Positions 13,362 through 27,969 of a stretch of 63,667 nucleotides of DNA are shown here, piece after piece (the first letter of the stretch is position 1; every line of letters begins with the position of its first letter). The notes below the pieces were generated by a model. That model was not told where the DNA came from. It saw only the letters and a program-made list of their open reading frames with translations, and did not search any database. Made by a program: the position numbers and the translations under genes. Source of the DNA: Paramecium tetraurelia (lineage: Eukaryota); assembly GCA_000165425.1 (NCBI GenBank), contig CT868518.1:248001-311667 (forward strand), written 5' to 3'.

Positions 13362-13580
13362 TAAATAATTTATTACCTCAAATAAATTATATTTGTATGA
13401 AATAAATCTGAATATCTTTTAGATTATTTATAATCAGAATAATTCAGTTGATAATTAAATAGTTTAATACCAGAATTGGTAGTACATAAAATTTTTAGTA
13501 ATAAGGCAATGATTAATGGATGATGTATCAATGTATTAGTCTAATGAAAAACAGAATAATAAAATTTATTATCACATTAA

Positions 13581-14999
13581 ATGTCTTATAGTTCATAATA
13601 ATCTATAAAATTGGATGATTATCGAGATATAGCTGTTGACATATCATAAAGTTTGATTGCTGTTCGTTCGATAATACGAGAGATATTAAGACGTTCTAGT
13701 GTGATTTTAATAGAAAAGCATCTCGAATAATCTATTCCTCTGATAATGCCAAAATGGACTCTATAGTTTTCAGAGGATGTTGTGTCGTTGGGCATTCATG
13801 AACCTGATGAGATGATGACAGAGAAGATTAATTAGGGTTTAGTTCTAGAAACAGAACCAGAAATAAGAATTCAAGATTGTTGGAGAAGTTATATTGCAAA
13901 TATTGACCTGCGATTTCACCAGACTACACATACCAGTCATAGTGTGACGAAATCTCATTTCTCTTTTAATCCAGGATATCAGAGAAGTTCGGTTACAATA
14001 AAGAGAGCTTCATAAATACTAAAAACTCAATTCGAACCATTTGAGCCAGAGTTTGTTAATATGTAACAAAAAGTAGAGGACGATCCCTTTGATTAAGGAT
14101 TAAGATAGCAGTTGGAGAGAGATTAATAATTGCGACAGTAGAAATGGTAGGCTGAACAATAGAGGATTGCAGAGAAGAAAGAATAATTGAGATAGATCAG
14201 ACTATTGGCAAGTTCATTCACAGGCGATAAGAAATATACGTTTGATTATGAGGGGAAGTTCATGCCATAGAATATACCTCAGGTTGAGTAATTAGCACCT
14301 ATCAGACCCAGAGTAAGTTCGATGGTACAATTTTCAGAAAAGAATAAGGTAATTGAATTTGGGAAGTCATTTGCTCATGTGAAAATAGAGGGAGATAAAC
14401 CTTTTTTGGGGAGTCAAATGAATTTCTAATAGAAATAATAATAGAATGTATTTGATCAAATAGAAGTAGCTAAAGGTGTTACTTTGACAGAAGGTTAGAA
14501 TTAAAAATAAGGACCTTCATTCTCGAATAATTAGAATTTATAATTATGGGAGGAGGGATTGAAGTTAACTAAAAGTGAATATTAATAATTTGTGTAAGGA
14601 ATTTAAGGAGGAGTGAAAATATCAAAGATTATCCAAGATACATCATCTATTAATGATATAGAGCCATCTCGAGTGAATTTAAATACATCTATAGTAAATT
14701 CTACAACTGTGAAGGAGGGTTCAATCAGGATAGATGGAAACATCAGTGTGGAAGAATTGTTGATTACAGAAGAACCAACACCTATTAAAATCGATGTTTA
14801 ATAGCCATTACCGAAGTTGCTATTAAAATAAAAAGATCTCTCATAATTATTAACTATCACTACTGAAGCATTGAAATAGGGGAAACCGAAATTACCAAAA
14901 GCGATGAGCTCGTAACATTCACTACCTCAACTTACTAAGAATCCTAGAGATAGAACGATAAGTTAACTGTAGAAATTTAAAATGATTATTAAGTAATGA
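13581..14999 (+). CDS. Hypothetical protein, 472 aa, with a Gln-rich coiled coil
   Basis: Intronless open code-6 frame from ATG 13581 to TGA 14997, which includes the track ORF 14613-14801. Confidence 0.75.
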
Positions 15000-15015
15000 T
15001 AATCTAATTTGTTAT

Positions 15016-18000
15016 TCAAATTATAGAGAGTCCTCCTTCCTTCAATTTTTATCTGAGTACCAGTCTTTAATCTATTTACATCTTATTATATCATACCATA
15101 TTATTCATCCAAGTAGAACAGGATCTGATTATCTATGGCAATCAAATAGATGTGTTTAATCTCATTCTATTCTGTAATGAGACATCTATCAAAGCTAATA
15201 TGAAGTGCTTAGACTCCGCTTCCCCTTTTGGCTCCCCTTCTAGACATGTATCTTATCATATTTCAACATTCCTAATTGTTGTTGCTGCAACTTCAAGTCA
15301 AATATGTCATAATAATAAATAAAAGGATCGCTTCTAGACCCTATTTCATCCCCTTGTTGATTCGACGAATACAACAACTTAGATAATCAATATAAACTGA
15401 TACAAATTTAGATGAGAAGGGAGTTGTGAACAGGATATTCTTGGAAACCTTATCCATTAATTGTATAGTCTGCAAATACTATTTCCCATTTATTGTGTAT
15501 AATGAAATTTAAGAGTTTGAACTCTTAAATACTAGAAAGTGAAGCTAGATGCAACATTGACTAATTTTATCTGAGTTATCCAATTAAATTGTTTGTAATA
15601 AGCTGTAAATTATAATATAAATATTACTCTCCTTCCAAAGTAAACAAACTCGCTATGTTCTTTTGATCTACTGTTAATATGTTTAAATCTGTTAAATCGA
15701 TACTCACAATTCCATTCCTTAATTACTTTGAGAGGACTCCCTTAGCTTAAATTTATTATCCGAATTGGAGTTAAAATAATTAGAGTAAGCCATCCAAAGA
15801 TCCTACAGCTAAAATCTTAGTTACAGCATGGTATCTAACACAAGATGCCCTTTTTTATCTCTTTGCATTTGAAATAGAAACATCTATCCTGAGTTCAGTC
15901 ATCTTATTCTTTAGGTCATAGATTTTTACACTCTTATCTAAGAATCCTACCAAACAGAAATATAAATTGTAATTCTGTTTCTCCTCGTAAATACTATAAA
16001 ATTAAGAGTCAAATCCATCTCCAAAATAATGCTCTTATTCATAAATGAAAGTAAACATATTCTAAGGATTGCATCCATCCACTTTTATCTCAGGCAACTT
16101 CGCCAACTATTTTGGTTGACAATGGTAATAATAATATCCCTCCTCTTCTTACTGTTTAGTCTCCAATAAGGTTAGATGATTGTATTTGTCATTATCCGCC
16201 TTCAAAATATAAAAGCATTTCTTCGAATAAGGGTAAAATCCTAGTATTGATGATTTGTCCAGATCAAGCTTGGATTAATAGATAAACCCCTTATTTGCTT
16301 TATTCGGATTTTCACCAAAGTAGGGGATCTAATTCGTGTATAACGATAAACTATATTTCTTTTTCTAATGAGCTTTCTGAAACAATTGTTTAGGGGTTTA
16401 ACCAAAGTAATACACCTGAGTTAAATATGATTGAATGGTTCCATGGTCCTCATTCTTATTTAAAATCAATTGTAGGTTTTGTTCATAAGTCAAATAATGA
16501 AAGACATTCACATTTTCCACTGCATTTTATCCATTATTGTTGATTCCAAATATCAGATCAATCCAATGATTCAATTGACTCGATACTGCATCACTTTCCA
16601 ATGCTTATCTCATCCTATACACAAACTCTTCAGCTGTCTAGGTCTTGACCCACTTGGGTAATTCTACATCAGTGACTCTAGATTGTGATTGCAATGTCCC
16701 AAAATCGAAGAAGTTTCTAAGTATACAAATGAAATTACATGTTCCTTAGAAATTCAGGCATATAGTAAAATTCTGGTATCAATTCTTTGTTGTCTTATTT
16801 TACACTGTTTTCCCATAGGATGTCTATTTTAGAGAACAATCGATCTGCCACATCGAATTTATCTATTGAATAATGATGTTAATTTACTTTTTTATAACGA
16901 AAAATGCAGTTCATTAAAAGGCTCTAATCTTATTAAATAGTTGAAAACAATTGCAGCATTTGAATAATGGGATCCATACATGAAGTTTTCGTCAATACAA
17001 TCCAGATCTCTCTCCTTATAATCTTTTAAGATATCTTCAGATTTCTTTGATATTGCACCCATTGGTAATTTAAGATTTCTAAGTTAATTTCCTTATTTCC
17101 TCCAGGCAAAATCAATTTGTTATGATTTATAATTTGAAATGACCCAAGGAAATATGAAGTATTAACTTAGATCATTATAGGTTCTTCCTGAAAATGTATT
17201 GACTAACATTAAATATTGGAAATTGGATAACTATCCTCCAACCCAATTCTATTAATAATTCCTCTTCCTAAATTCTTCAATTGGATCAACTACTTAGACT
17301 TTCTTTCTCTTTAATTCTGACACTAATTCTTGTTGTTTTTCATATCTATATAAATTGAAAAAGAAGTTCTGTCTATGAAGAAATATCTCAATAGCAATCT
17401 CATTTAATAAAAATCTCTTTGGATGCACACTAAGTATTTGAGACAGAGATATTTCCAGAAATATTTCTTCAGTTGTTTATTTAACTTCTGGACTAGTAAA
17501 TAATTCCTTTATGTCAATTTTTTCTGATTTGAATATAAGAGATTGATTCTTATCATTAAATCTCAACACTCCTTGATAGGCTGCTTCTTAAGTTATATAT
17601 TCACAAAAATATTTGGCAGTTACTAATTAATTACTATCTGATGACCCCTTTCTAAAACTTGAAATGATTGCACTAGCTTAATTTGTTATTAGTTATTCGG
17701 ATCTAATAGATGATCTTCGTTTGGCTCTCTTAATTAAACTTTGACTCAAAGATTCTTCTATGTTATCCGATTTTTACAATAAGATTGTAAAGGAAGTATT
17801 GATATTTGATTTACTTTTGTCTATGCTTGATTCCTCAAGAGTGATTAGTTTCTTTCTGGCTTAATTATTAGTCTTTAAGTATGGTTTATAAAAGTTTTTC
17901 ATTTTTATTTAAGTTAAATGTGGTCTTCTTCTGGTGATATCTTCCAAATGGCAAACCTACATTTTCATTTGCATATTCTCCAAAACTTCAAATTTAAATT

Positions 18001-21000
18001 CTTGGTGGGAGATAAAATTATTTAGTTCTTAATAGAGAACTTGGAGATAGTCATCTACAAAAAACCATAAGCCTTGTCTTTACTTTAAGTCAAGACACTC
18101 TTTATCCCAGTATTTCTTAGCGGAATCTCTAAAAATGGGTATACTCATTTCAGAGAAGGATGAGTGGTGATGTGCTGATAGATTACTTTATGTCTTTGGC
18201 ATCTCAGTAAAATCAGCTATCTTAGGAAACAACAACCAAATTTTATGAACGAATTGGTAATATATTTGAAAATCCATAAATATACTTTATTGAATCGCAA
18301 ATGCAGTATCCTCTCTGATTTGATCAATCTATGATAAATCAAACGTGTTTTGCAACGATTTTAAATTGTTCTATTTATTTTCTGTTCTAATTTTATTCAG
18401 TTAATTCAAAGCCATTAATATCTAATCTTAAGATGCTTCCTATTAATAAATTAAACATTCAACATAATTTTGATTCACATTTTTCCATTCATATAATTTA
18501 GTCAATTAATACTTCCCAAATATTTCTTGTAGACTATGTAAATATTAATAATTCTTACTTCTTAATTTATGTTTCATCAAATGAACTGTCTTAGGAAAGA
18601 GCGTAATAAATTAAACTCTAGTAAAAATTAGAATGCTTCCTTGTTCTTGATTTCCTTACTATTGTTTCTTTTTATTTAACTCTTTAAAATCCAGCATCTT
18701 GAAACAACTAATTGTAGTTTTTTAATTAGATTTTCTTAGTTTACAAAAGAGGAGCTGAAAATTCTTTATCTATTAATTTTTTTACTAATAGACAACTTTA
18801 TTAGTCAATCTTACCATCTAAGCAATTCTTTTTGTTGATAGACAGATAATTTTTTATTGGTTTTTTCATCTATGGTACTTTAACATATGGTGCTATCAAT
18901 TGTCTCATTAATCTTTTTATGCCTCCATTGGGAAGAACTCTATTGCTCTATTTTCTTTGCTTCTCAAACTCTTATTTGACGGTGTCCCAATTAAAATTAT
19001 CATCATTTTCAGGCATGTAGAAATTGCGATCATAGAATAAGACATCCAAATAATTAAAGAGATCAATCCCTTTGTCCATTATCTAAGAATATAGGTTCCA
19101 ATTCACAAATTCCTAATCTGATATCTCTCCAAAGCATTATTCAATATGTAGATATGCTGTTATAATACTTATCAATTTTCTCTCATCTTCTTGTCCTTAA
19201 AATTACTGTACCTACTTCATAGCATAAAACTGTATTATTATAGGATATATAGCTTATAGAAATGAATTAAAACTATCCTTATTGAACAAATTGCTTTCAA
19301 TGTGAACTTTATATAAAATCTCACTTGTGCATTTAGGATACACTTCTATTAGATATATTATGAAATAAGTGAATAATTCCGAAGAGTTTTACTTCTTATT
19401 TATAGAATGAGGCATTAGATGTTTCATTAACAGAGCAAAATCTGAAAACTGCATCAGATTCATTATTAAAACCTCTGATTACTATTTTCTTAAGACAACA
19501 CTCTTAAATATGTCCAAAAAATAACTCGTCAGGGTTTCCTTCATGGCATCTTTTATCTACTGGTTTGCATACAATTAATTCAAAAACTTCAATAGTTGAT
19601 GAATTAAATTCTCATCCTTCTCATTTTGACTTATTAATGATAATATTTTTGAAATAAAAAAGTATCCAACCTCTGTTTATGTTTGAGGTGAAAAATAATC
19701 ATAATAAATTTACAATGACCCTAATTCTGTATCCTTTTTTGAATTAACCCTCTGCTTTTAAACTATTGAAACATAAATTGAAAAAGTTAATTCATATAAT
19801 TTGTCAAATACCTCTGATTCATACATAAAATATTAATTTATTGTATGGAATTTATTTTACTTATCTAAAATTTATACAATGTTCTTTTTATAACTGTTTA
19901 ATAAATTGTCCTCTTCCGATTTCAATTTACTTTTTGATTTCATTAAATCTACTATCAATACCTCTATTATTTATAATATGTCTAAAGTAAATAGATTAAA
20001 CTGTTCTTAACTTAATAGCAAATTAAAAAATTCAGAAAGGCGAGGAAAATCTATTGTTCGCACAACTCCTTAATATTGGATGCATTTAGTTAAGGAATGT
20101 GAAAATAAATTATTTGATTCAAGGTTGATGAAAGGTTTAGCCTTTGTTAATGAAACTTAAGTAAATATTTATCTGCTTTCAAAATATAGTTGAACACTAA
20201 TTAATTAATTTAAATTTTCTGGCTTGAGTAATGTTTGAATTACTATTGACTTGAATATCAATTTCATCTATTCAACAGTTGTTATTTTATTGTCTAATAT
20301 CTTTATAACAGTTATTAAATATTAAATAGAAGTCTTCTCATCTCCTATTTTAGAAAAAATCGATAACAATTATTTAATGAACTAATCTGAAACTTGTTAA
20401 TTTATTTAAATCCATTATTTGCAATGTTCCTCAAATATTTTAAGATTTCTAGAATCAACAAATCTAGACACTTAGGAAGCCTACCTTTATATGTCTTCCT
20501 CAAACAATTTCAAAATCAAAATCAAAATCTCTTCAGAATCACTTAGATTTGTATTTTCATATACAGCATATAATACATCCAATGCCATATAAAAGACATT
20601 GTACCCTCCTGACTTTTATATGAAATCAAGTCCTTTTTTCATATCCAAAATATAGACATTTTGACTGCACATTATAGGTTGAATTTGTCTACAAGGGGTA
20701 ATCAAAAAGATATCATCAAATTCAATTTCCTCTTCAATTATGACTCCTGAATTAATAAAGTTTTTAGTTTGCTTCTATAGATTTGTATTACTAGATTGTT
20801 CAAACTTAATTTTTTAGTCATTTATTATAAAATTGAATTCTGATATTTATCCATCGAATGATTAATTCAAAAATATAAAAGAATCAAGGAATTATGTTTA
20901 AAACTTTTGTTTTTTATTCATTTGTTGTGATTATTCTATATCAAAATTCAATGTAACTCCCAAAACGAATTAATTAAGTTATAGTATTTGATTTTGAGGT

Positions 21001-24000
21001 AATTTGAATTACAGAGTATATTTAGTTTCATTAATCTCAAGTATCATTTATGGATTGTTATTATTATTTTTTATGTAAAAATTCAAATTAAACCACTATG
21101 ATAAATCGAATTTGATTGAGATCCCTTCTTCCTAATCATATTCATCCTATTTATAAGTGATGATAAATTTCTATTTATTAATTGATATTTGAATTTCTTA
21201 GTTTTTTGCAAATATTAATGTAAATATGATCAATTTTCCAACATACTCAGAATTAACTAAAAATGACCCAAAACTCATTCTATCTAAATATTACATACTC
21301 GGAGTTTCATTTTCCTAGACGATAAGTCTTAATTTCATTCTAATCTCAATTAATTAAATGGGTATAACAAGATTCAAATTGACCTGAATAGATGATGATC
21401 CACCTTAAAAATATAAAAGATTTGATTATTTTTATAGGGATTACAAAATTTCCTGCCACTATTAGTAAACCTATAGAAAAATCTCCAAAATTATCTTAAC
21501 AACTTTAATGTAATAATTTTTATCATCAACCAATCTTAATAATAGACTACTTTGAAGTAATAAAGGAATTCGATAAGGTGATAAGTTTGCCAATCTATAT
21601 GCTTATTAAATATCATCCTTATCATTAACATCTAATTACATTTCATCAAGATCATTCATCAATATTGTGGATTAATGATAACTTAGTGTTTCAAATAGTT
21701 ATTTTATTATTTAAGGATCTTAGTTCAATGAAACCACAATGATTGCACATTGTTTCATTAAACTAATTACTTCAGGGTCTCTTTCAATTCTGAAATAGAA
21801 AATAAACTTAGGACAAAAATCTGTAAACGAAAGCACAAGGGAGATCTGGGTTTTTAGTTGAAATCTCAAAATTTGCAAATAAAATGTCCTATCTATTGTG
21901 ATATTTGGCACTTCAAACAGTATACTTAAGCTTGTTTCATAGAATTTGTTAAAAATCAATTTCATTTGAACTCGTTTTTCGTTTAATTATTCAAATACAT
22001 CTTAGGGATTTATTAAATTATTATTTTTATCAAAATAAGACTCTTTAATATAATTGATATAATCATATCCATGAGCAATAGAATTGATATTATTAATTAT
22101 TTAGTAAAGAGTATTCGATGAAAGATTGTTGGTTTTCTGTAGAATAACTATTAAGTTGATTGTGAATTTATAATGAATCTGACATAATTCCAAACTGATT
22201 TATTAAATGCCTCCTGAATTTAATATGCTCTTATCTTCAATCAACCAATATATTAAGTATATGATATAAGTGATTTTATGATAGATTTCGGTGTATAATT
22301 AATGTTATTTTTCGACAGAATTAAAATTAGATTCCTTGATCATAAGATCATAAACATTTTTTATTATTGTTATAAAAATTCTCATATTGGACAATAGAAA
22401 ATCCAGGATTCTAGTTCCTTTTCCCTTCTTATAATTGATATTTCTCTTATTTTATTTTTTCTTGTTTATCTTACAAGAACCCATTAAAAAGTGGATAAAT
22501 TTGAGAATATGGGGTAGGCTTTCAGAATTGATTGAGATGGACTAATATAATATAGAATTTAATTACATCTTAAATGAAAACCAAGAAACCATAACTATGT
22601 TGTTTGCTTCTTGAGGAATTTTTAATCGCAATATCGATAATTTATTAATAAATTTATTCATCTTCTAGCAACTGTAAGATTTTTTAATCAAACTTCTTGT
22701 AATATTATTCATCCTTGATTTCTTAAGAATAAAACTAAATAATCAAAGAATCGAATTCTCGTTTTTAATTTTAGTTAAACTGATTGTAATATCTACATAA
22801 ATATGTTATAAATTGAATAAGTTGTTGGGTACTTAGATTGTTGACATTAATAAACTCTTTTAATCCATTTAGGTGAACGCAAAGATACTAGTCTATAATT
22901 TAGGTGTTGTTTATCTATAATAGTTGTTCTCCAATTAATTTAAAATAGATTAATTTAGTTTCATGATTCTAATGTTAAAATATTTCATCAAAATATTACA
23001 TATGACTTTATAATTAAGGATTCTATAATATTTGATTAAATAGATGACCAACAACTCTATTATTCTTTTACTTTACTAAATTTATAATTTATAGATTTCT
23101 TATTTTAATTATTTCAATATCAAAATTGATGATATCAACAAACTCTGTTGCTTAAATCAAATAAACAAAAATCAAATAATAATTGATATCATTAAACTCC
23201 TTGATCTAATCAATCCATCTAGTAACATTAGATTGTAAAAATTAAGAATATTACTATTATTGATATTTCTATTTTAAACATTATGAATAAACTTAACAAA
23301 ATGGTACCTCCTAAAATTGTTCAATATCACTTAACTCTTGTAATTGTTTGTAATTTTCTAAAAAACATTATTAAAATAATGAAAAAATATCCATGAAATT
23401 CTAATATTCGATTTCATCTAAATAGGCAAAATATAGAGCATTTCCTAATAACATTTAATAAATAAAAGGCAGTATCTTTTGTTTTTCTTTGAAATTTAGA
23501 GAGATATTCAATTTTAAAAGTTTTTATAAATTAATGAATGCCTTTACGTATTTTTAAGGCAAATGTTGCTAATCATTATTAAGCATTAAATTCTTTACAA
23601 AGATTGTGACATTTCCTCCAACCTAATAAAATACTTCGAATATGACTGATTTAACAATTAAATTGATCTCTGTTAATTTTTCATACTCATAAAGTAGATT
23701 ATCCATACAGTCTATGATTGATTCTATAGTTATTTATTATTAAGTTGAACTAGAGCTTAATAGACTAGGTGACAATTCACTCAACATGTTATCAGTTTAT
23801 GAATAGTATTCTTTGATAACAGTGCAGATGAGCAAATAAGTTGAAAAGAATGGGGAGTCTCTCTCTTAAGCGAAAAAGCTTTCATATTCTTATGGATTCT
23901 CACTTTTTGTTTTGGATAACGAAATGAACCTCGATTCTAATATAGTTTGATTTTATAGAGATGATTTGAGTTTATCTCTTACTGAATCTGAAATATCATC

Positions 24001-24060
24001 ACTACATATTTATTCCCATTAGATGTGAAGTAATTTCAGAAATGAATTAAATGATTTCAT
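15016..24060 (-). CDS. Beige/BEACH-domain protein (PH-BEACH-WD40, LYST/neurobeachin family), about 3000 aa
   Basis: BEACH motifs [75 protein letters not shown] and YFGQTPKQLF, followed by a WD40-like C-terminus. Confidence 0.95.
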
Positions 24061-24077
24061 TTATAATAAATTAATAA

Positions 24078-24650
24078 TCAATCAAACTCAAAGGGTCCGC
24101 TAATTCCTATAACACCACAAGCCAAACGAGCCCCTGCATTACCAGTGCTCTTGCTATCTGGATGATCACTTTTTCCAAGATCATCCTCATTTGCATGTAC
24201 TACCATAGATCTTCCAATCACACTAAATTCACCACTTAATTTCACAAAATCATCATTTATTTTAAAATGAGCAACTCCATTCTCTGAATGAACATTTCCC
24301 AAATCACCAACATGTCTTTCTTAATCTTTTGGGCCGCCATGTAATTTTCCATGAGGATTATAATGAGGTCCAGCAGTTATACATCCTTTTATTAAATTTC
24401 CGAATTCATGAATATGAAATCCATGTAGTCCATCTGATAATCCTGTAATCTTAGCTTAAATTGTTGTAGATTGTCCATCTGAAATCATTTTTACAATTCC
24501 ACTAACTCCACTTCCATTATCAGGTTATAATATTGCTACTGCATATATTAGATTATTTATTGTGTATTCTTCTTTATGATTATGGTGCTCATGTTAGCAT
24601 CCTTCATGAGCAACAATTTGGTTGAGGATCAATGCAAATATTAAATACAT
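24078..24650 (-). CDS. Cu/Zn superoxide dismutase with a putative signal peptide and His-rich N-terminal linker
   Basis: Motifs [48 protein letters not shown] and [14 protein letters not shown]. Confidence 0.97.
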
Positions 24651-24721
24651 AAATCAAATAAATTAATATCTAATATCAGAAGCATATTGCAATATTTAAG
24701 CAGTATGATTATATATAACAC

Positions 24722-26024
24722 TCATTGAAACATTATAAATATTGCCAGAACTCCTACAATTACAAAAATTAGAACAAACCTTTAAAAGATCGATTTCTAC
24801 TCTGAAATCCTAGTTGTCTTGAGTTCTAAAGATTACTTTTTACTCATGTCGTTTTTTTAAGATAAATTAACTAAATATAGATTGTTATTATATACTTATG
24901 GAGATACGCTTCTTAATCAGAGATTCAGGATGATAAGTTTAACATAAAATTTTTTTCTTATTTAAAATTATTTCATCCTGTTCTTAATCCTTTTTACTTT
25001 GCTCAGTGTCATTAGTTGATGAGTATAATTCAATTATGCTCTCTCCTTGTCTCATTAGTTTTCTCAAAACTGAAGAACTAGAACTGAGAAGTGATGATTT
25101 AATGCTTACTTTCCTTTTAGAATTATTCACATCTTGTAATTATAATTACAAAAAACAATTTTGCAATTTCTTCTTTATTACTGAATTGAGAAGGCAGATA
25201 CTATTTAATTTTCTCTCAAGTAATTCAAATTCTCCAACTACAACTTTCCTATTATTAAATGGAAAGTTTTCTCCCAATTAAATTTATTTGATTGATTATT
25301 ATAATTTATTTGATTTAATCAATTTTATGAAAAATCTTATTTGATGTTACAAAACTATCTTATTAATAACTGTTGTAATTTAAGTCGAGCTTGCAAATTT
25401 GATTGCCATATTTTCTGAATTTGTTATAGATTTTTTGCTATAATAGTAATTAAGGTCAACTAAAAGACTCTTATCTTTTTTAGAGTATTAAAAAAGTTTT
25501 AAAATAAATACAAGTTTACTTTGGTAAATTTAATTATCAATTCTATTCAACACTTTACTGAGCTTCCTCTTTATTACAAGTTGGTGACTTACTTTAAATA
25601 AAAATTCCTTTTTAATTTAAACAGTATTTATTATTAATTTAGAGATTGCTTGAAAATATTATAATCGCCTATGGCATAAAAATTCATTATTTTGTGCATT
25701 CTTGGCTCTTTTATAATTTGATAAATTTTGAAATAAAATTAGTGTATATTTTTAAATTTTTGTTGATCTATGTTTTGATATTAGGTTGAAGATTGAATTA
25801 ATTGCTAGTACAATTTTAATCTGTGAATATTTAATAGTAATTTTAGGACATTGATTCATTAGTTGTATTGTTTTGTATACTTATGCTATTTATGTTTTTT
25901 AATCCTAAAGGACTAAATTAGATATTACATTAGATTTTACAGGATTGTTGAAAGGAGTCGCTACAGTTGTATCATCGGGTTCTGTCTTTGATCTCTTTTG
26001 GGGAGTGAATGCAGAGTATATCAT
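24722..26024 (-). CDS. Tail-anchored coiled-coil protein, hypothetical
   Basis: Gln/Lys-rich frame ending RFVLIFVIVGVLAIFIMFQ-TGA, a C-terminal TM segment. The span length implies one intron, which I did not locate. Confidence 0.65.
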
Positions 26025-26044
26025 GTTAATTAAAAATATAATAA

Positions 26045-27935
26045 TCAAATAAAACTGTGGCATTAAGCACTTTTTTTTCTGGAAGCAATAGAGGAAGTTC
26101 TATATAATAATTGTTAGTTACATTTTTCTACTATGAGATTTTCCGGTATGAATTCTGACAGGTTGAGTGAATTAAGAAAAAATTTCATCAGATTCAGTTT
26201 ATCTTGTAGGGACAGTATTTCGACTAAACATGCAACTCATGGTTTTACGCATTCTGGCTTTTAATTATTTACTCAAAGGATTCCATGCTCTTTGAACAAT
26301 AGGTATTGTTGTGGTAGAAGAGGTAGCAAAATTGGGTGAAAGTAGATTTGGTTCTGAAGAAGTAATTTAAAGTACAGGTTCAATATTATCAAATTTTTTT
26401 AATCTTTTGGATTTTGTACTGGCTGCACTTTGAACTCTATTAATTAAAATTTGGTTGTCATCAAGGGAAGTAGTTTTGATTCTTATTTTCTTTTCAGCAT
26501 TAGTTTAGATTTTTCTGGAAACTCTGTCTCTGATTTGATCAATCATTTCTTTATCAAGCATAAGGAATTTAGTTTTTGGGTCATTAGGCAATTTTTTAAG
26601 ATGATAGATCATATTCTAATGGGCAATTTCAGATTGCAATAAGACTCTTGGTTTTTGAGATCGCACATCATTTTTATCTGGTCTTTCTTCTGGATTTTTG
26701 AAGATTTCTTGGATTGTTTTTCTTTCTGTAATTTAAAATTGTTGAGGTTGAGAACTTTAATCCTTGTCATGTTGTTATAAGATAGAAATGATTTTGGCTT
26801 GTCTATTAGTCATATATTCTTAGATTAGATTGCTTTTATCTTTTAATAATTTAACGATATCTGGAAAGTTCTTTTTTAAATTATTGAATTCTGCTGCTTC
26901 CATATAATAGGCAACAGTGTTATCCAATACTTGACATGAATACAATCTTTGAGGCAAAGAATCAATGATTTCTTCCTAGCCCACAAAGGCATTGTCTGAT
27001 AATTAACTTAGGACAATTTTCTTTTTCTTTTTTGTAGTAGATTAATTAGTGACATCATCTTAAATATGTCTAAAGAGTTCTACTCTTCCCTTTTGAATCA
27101 GAAAGTAAAACTTAGGTTCTTCACCTTCTTTCCATAACATAGTTTAGGATGCAAAATTGATTGTTCTTAAATTTTATGTGAATTTAGAAACAGTGAATTT
27201 GGAAGCTCCATTGAATAATTTCATAAAGTATTCAATTTTCACATTTTATTCTTGTATCTATTTCTCATAGACCAATTTGTAATCATGTTTATTCATAGAA
27301 ATCAAGTGTGCTTCTTCAGATACCACAATCACACTAGCAGATCTTGGTTGATCAAGAATTAATGCTTAATCACCAAAACATTAACCAGAATAGTACTGCC
27401 ACACCTTCTTGAACAATGGGATGCCACTATTATGATACATGGGATTTTCATTCAACATTCTAAGAGCCAGATCATATCTATTGAATGAAGGTAGTTGGAT
27501 AGTTTTCTTTTTTTTCAATTGACCACCTCCAATGTTTGTTTCACTACCTTATTGTGTGATGAAATCCAATTCTTATTCAACATCCTCAGCTGATCTTTTA
27601 ATATAGACACCCACTTCACCATGTAACAGAATGTAGAATCTATCTCCATACTCCCCTTAATTCATTATTGGCTAACCAAAATTATAGTGTTCATATTTAA
27701 AAAACTAAGCAGCATACATAGCAAACTCTCTGACCTTCATATTCTTATCACATTGTTTCTACATAAATTCTATTGTGGAGAGAGAATCAGCCACTTATTC
27801 AGCCTAGGCTGCTGTGTGCAATTGAGTATACATCTTATAAACTTAGATTGCAGGTTGCAGGATAATTTCATTCTGTCTTCTGATAGTATCATGATCTGGT
27901 TATTATTCTTATATTAATGATCTTTTATTTTTCAT
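26045..27935 (-). CDS. Cyclic-nucleotide-binding domain protein with 2 CNBDs
   Basis: Motifs IMNQGEYGDRFYILLHGEV, FGDQALILDQPRSASV and KEGEEPKFYFLIQKGRV; a 22-nt intron at 26100-26121. Confidence 0.85.
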
Positions 27936-27969
27936 TTTAATTTCTTATTTATATAAATGTGAATATTTT

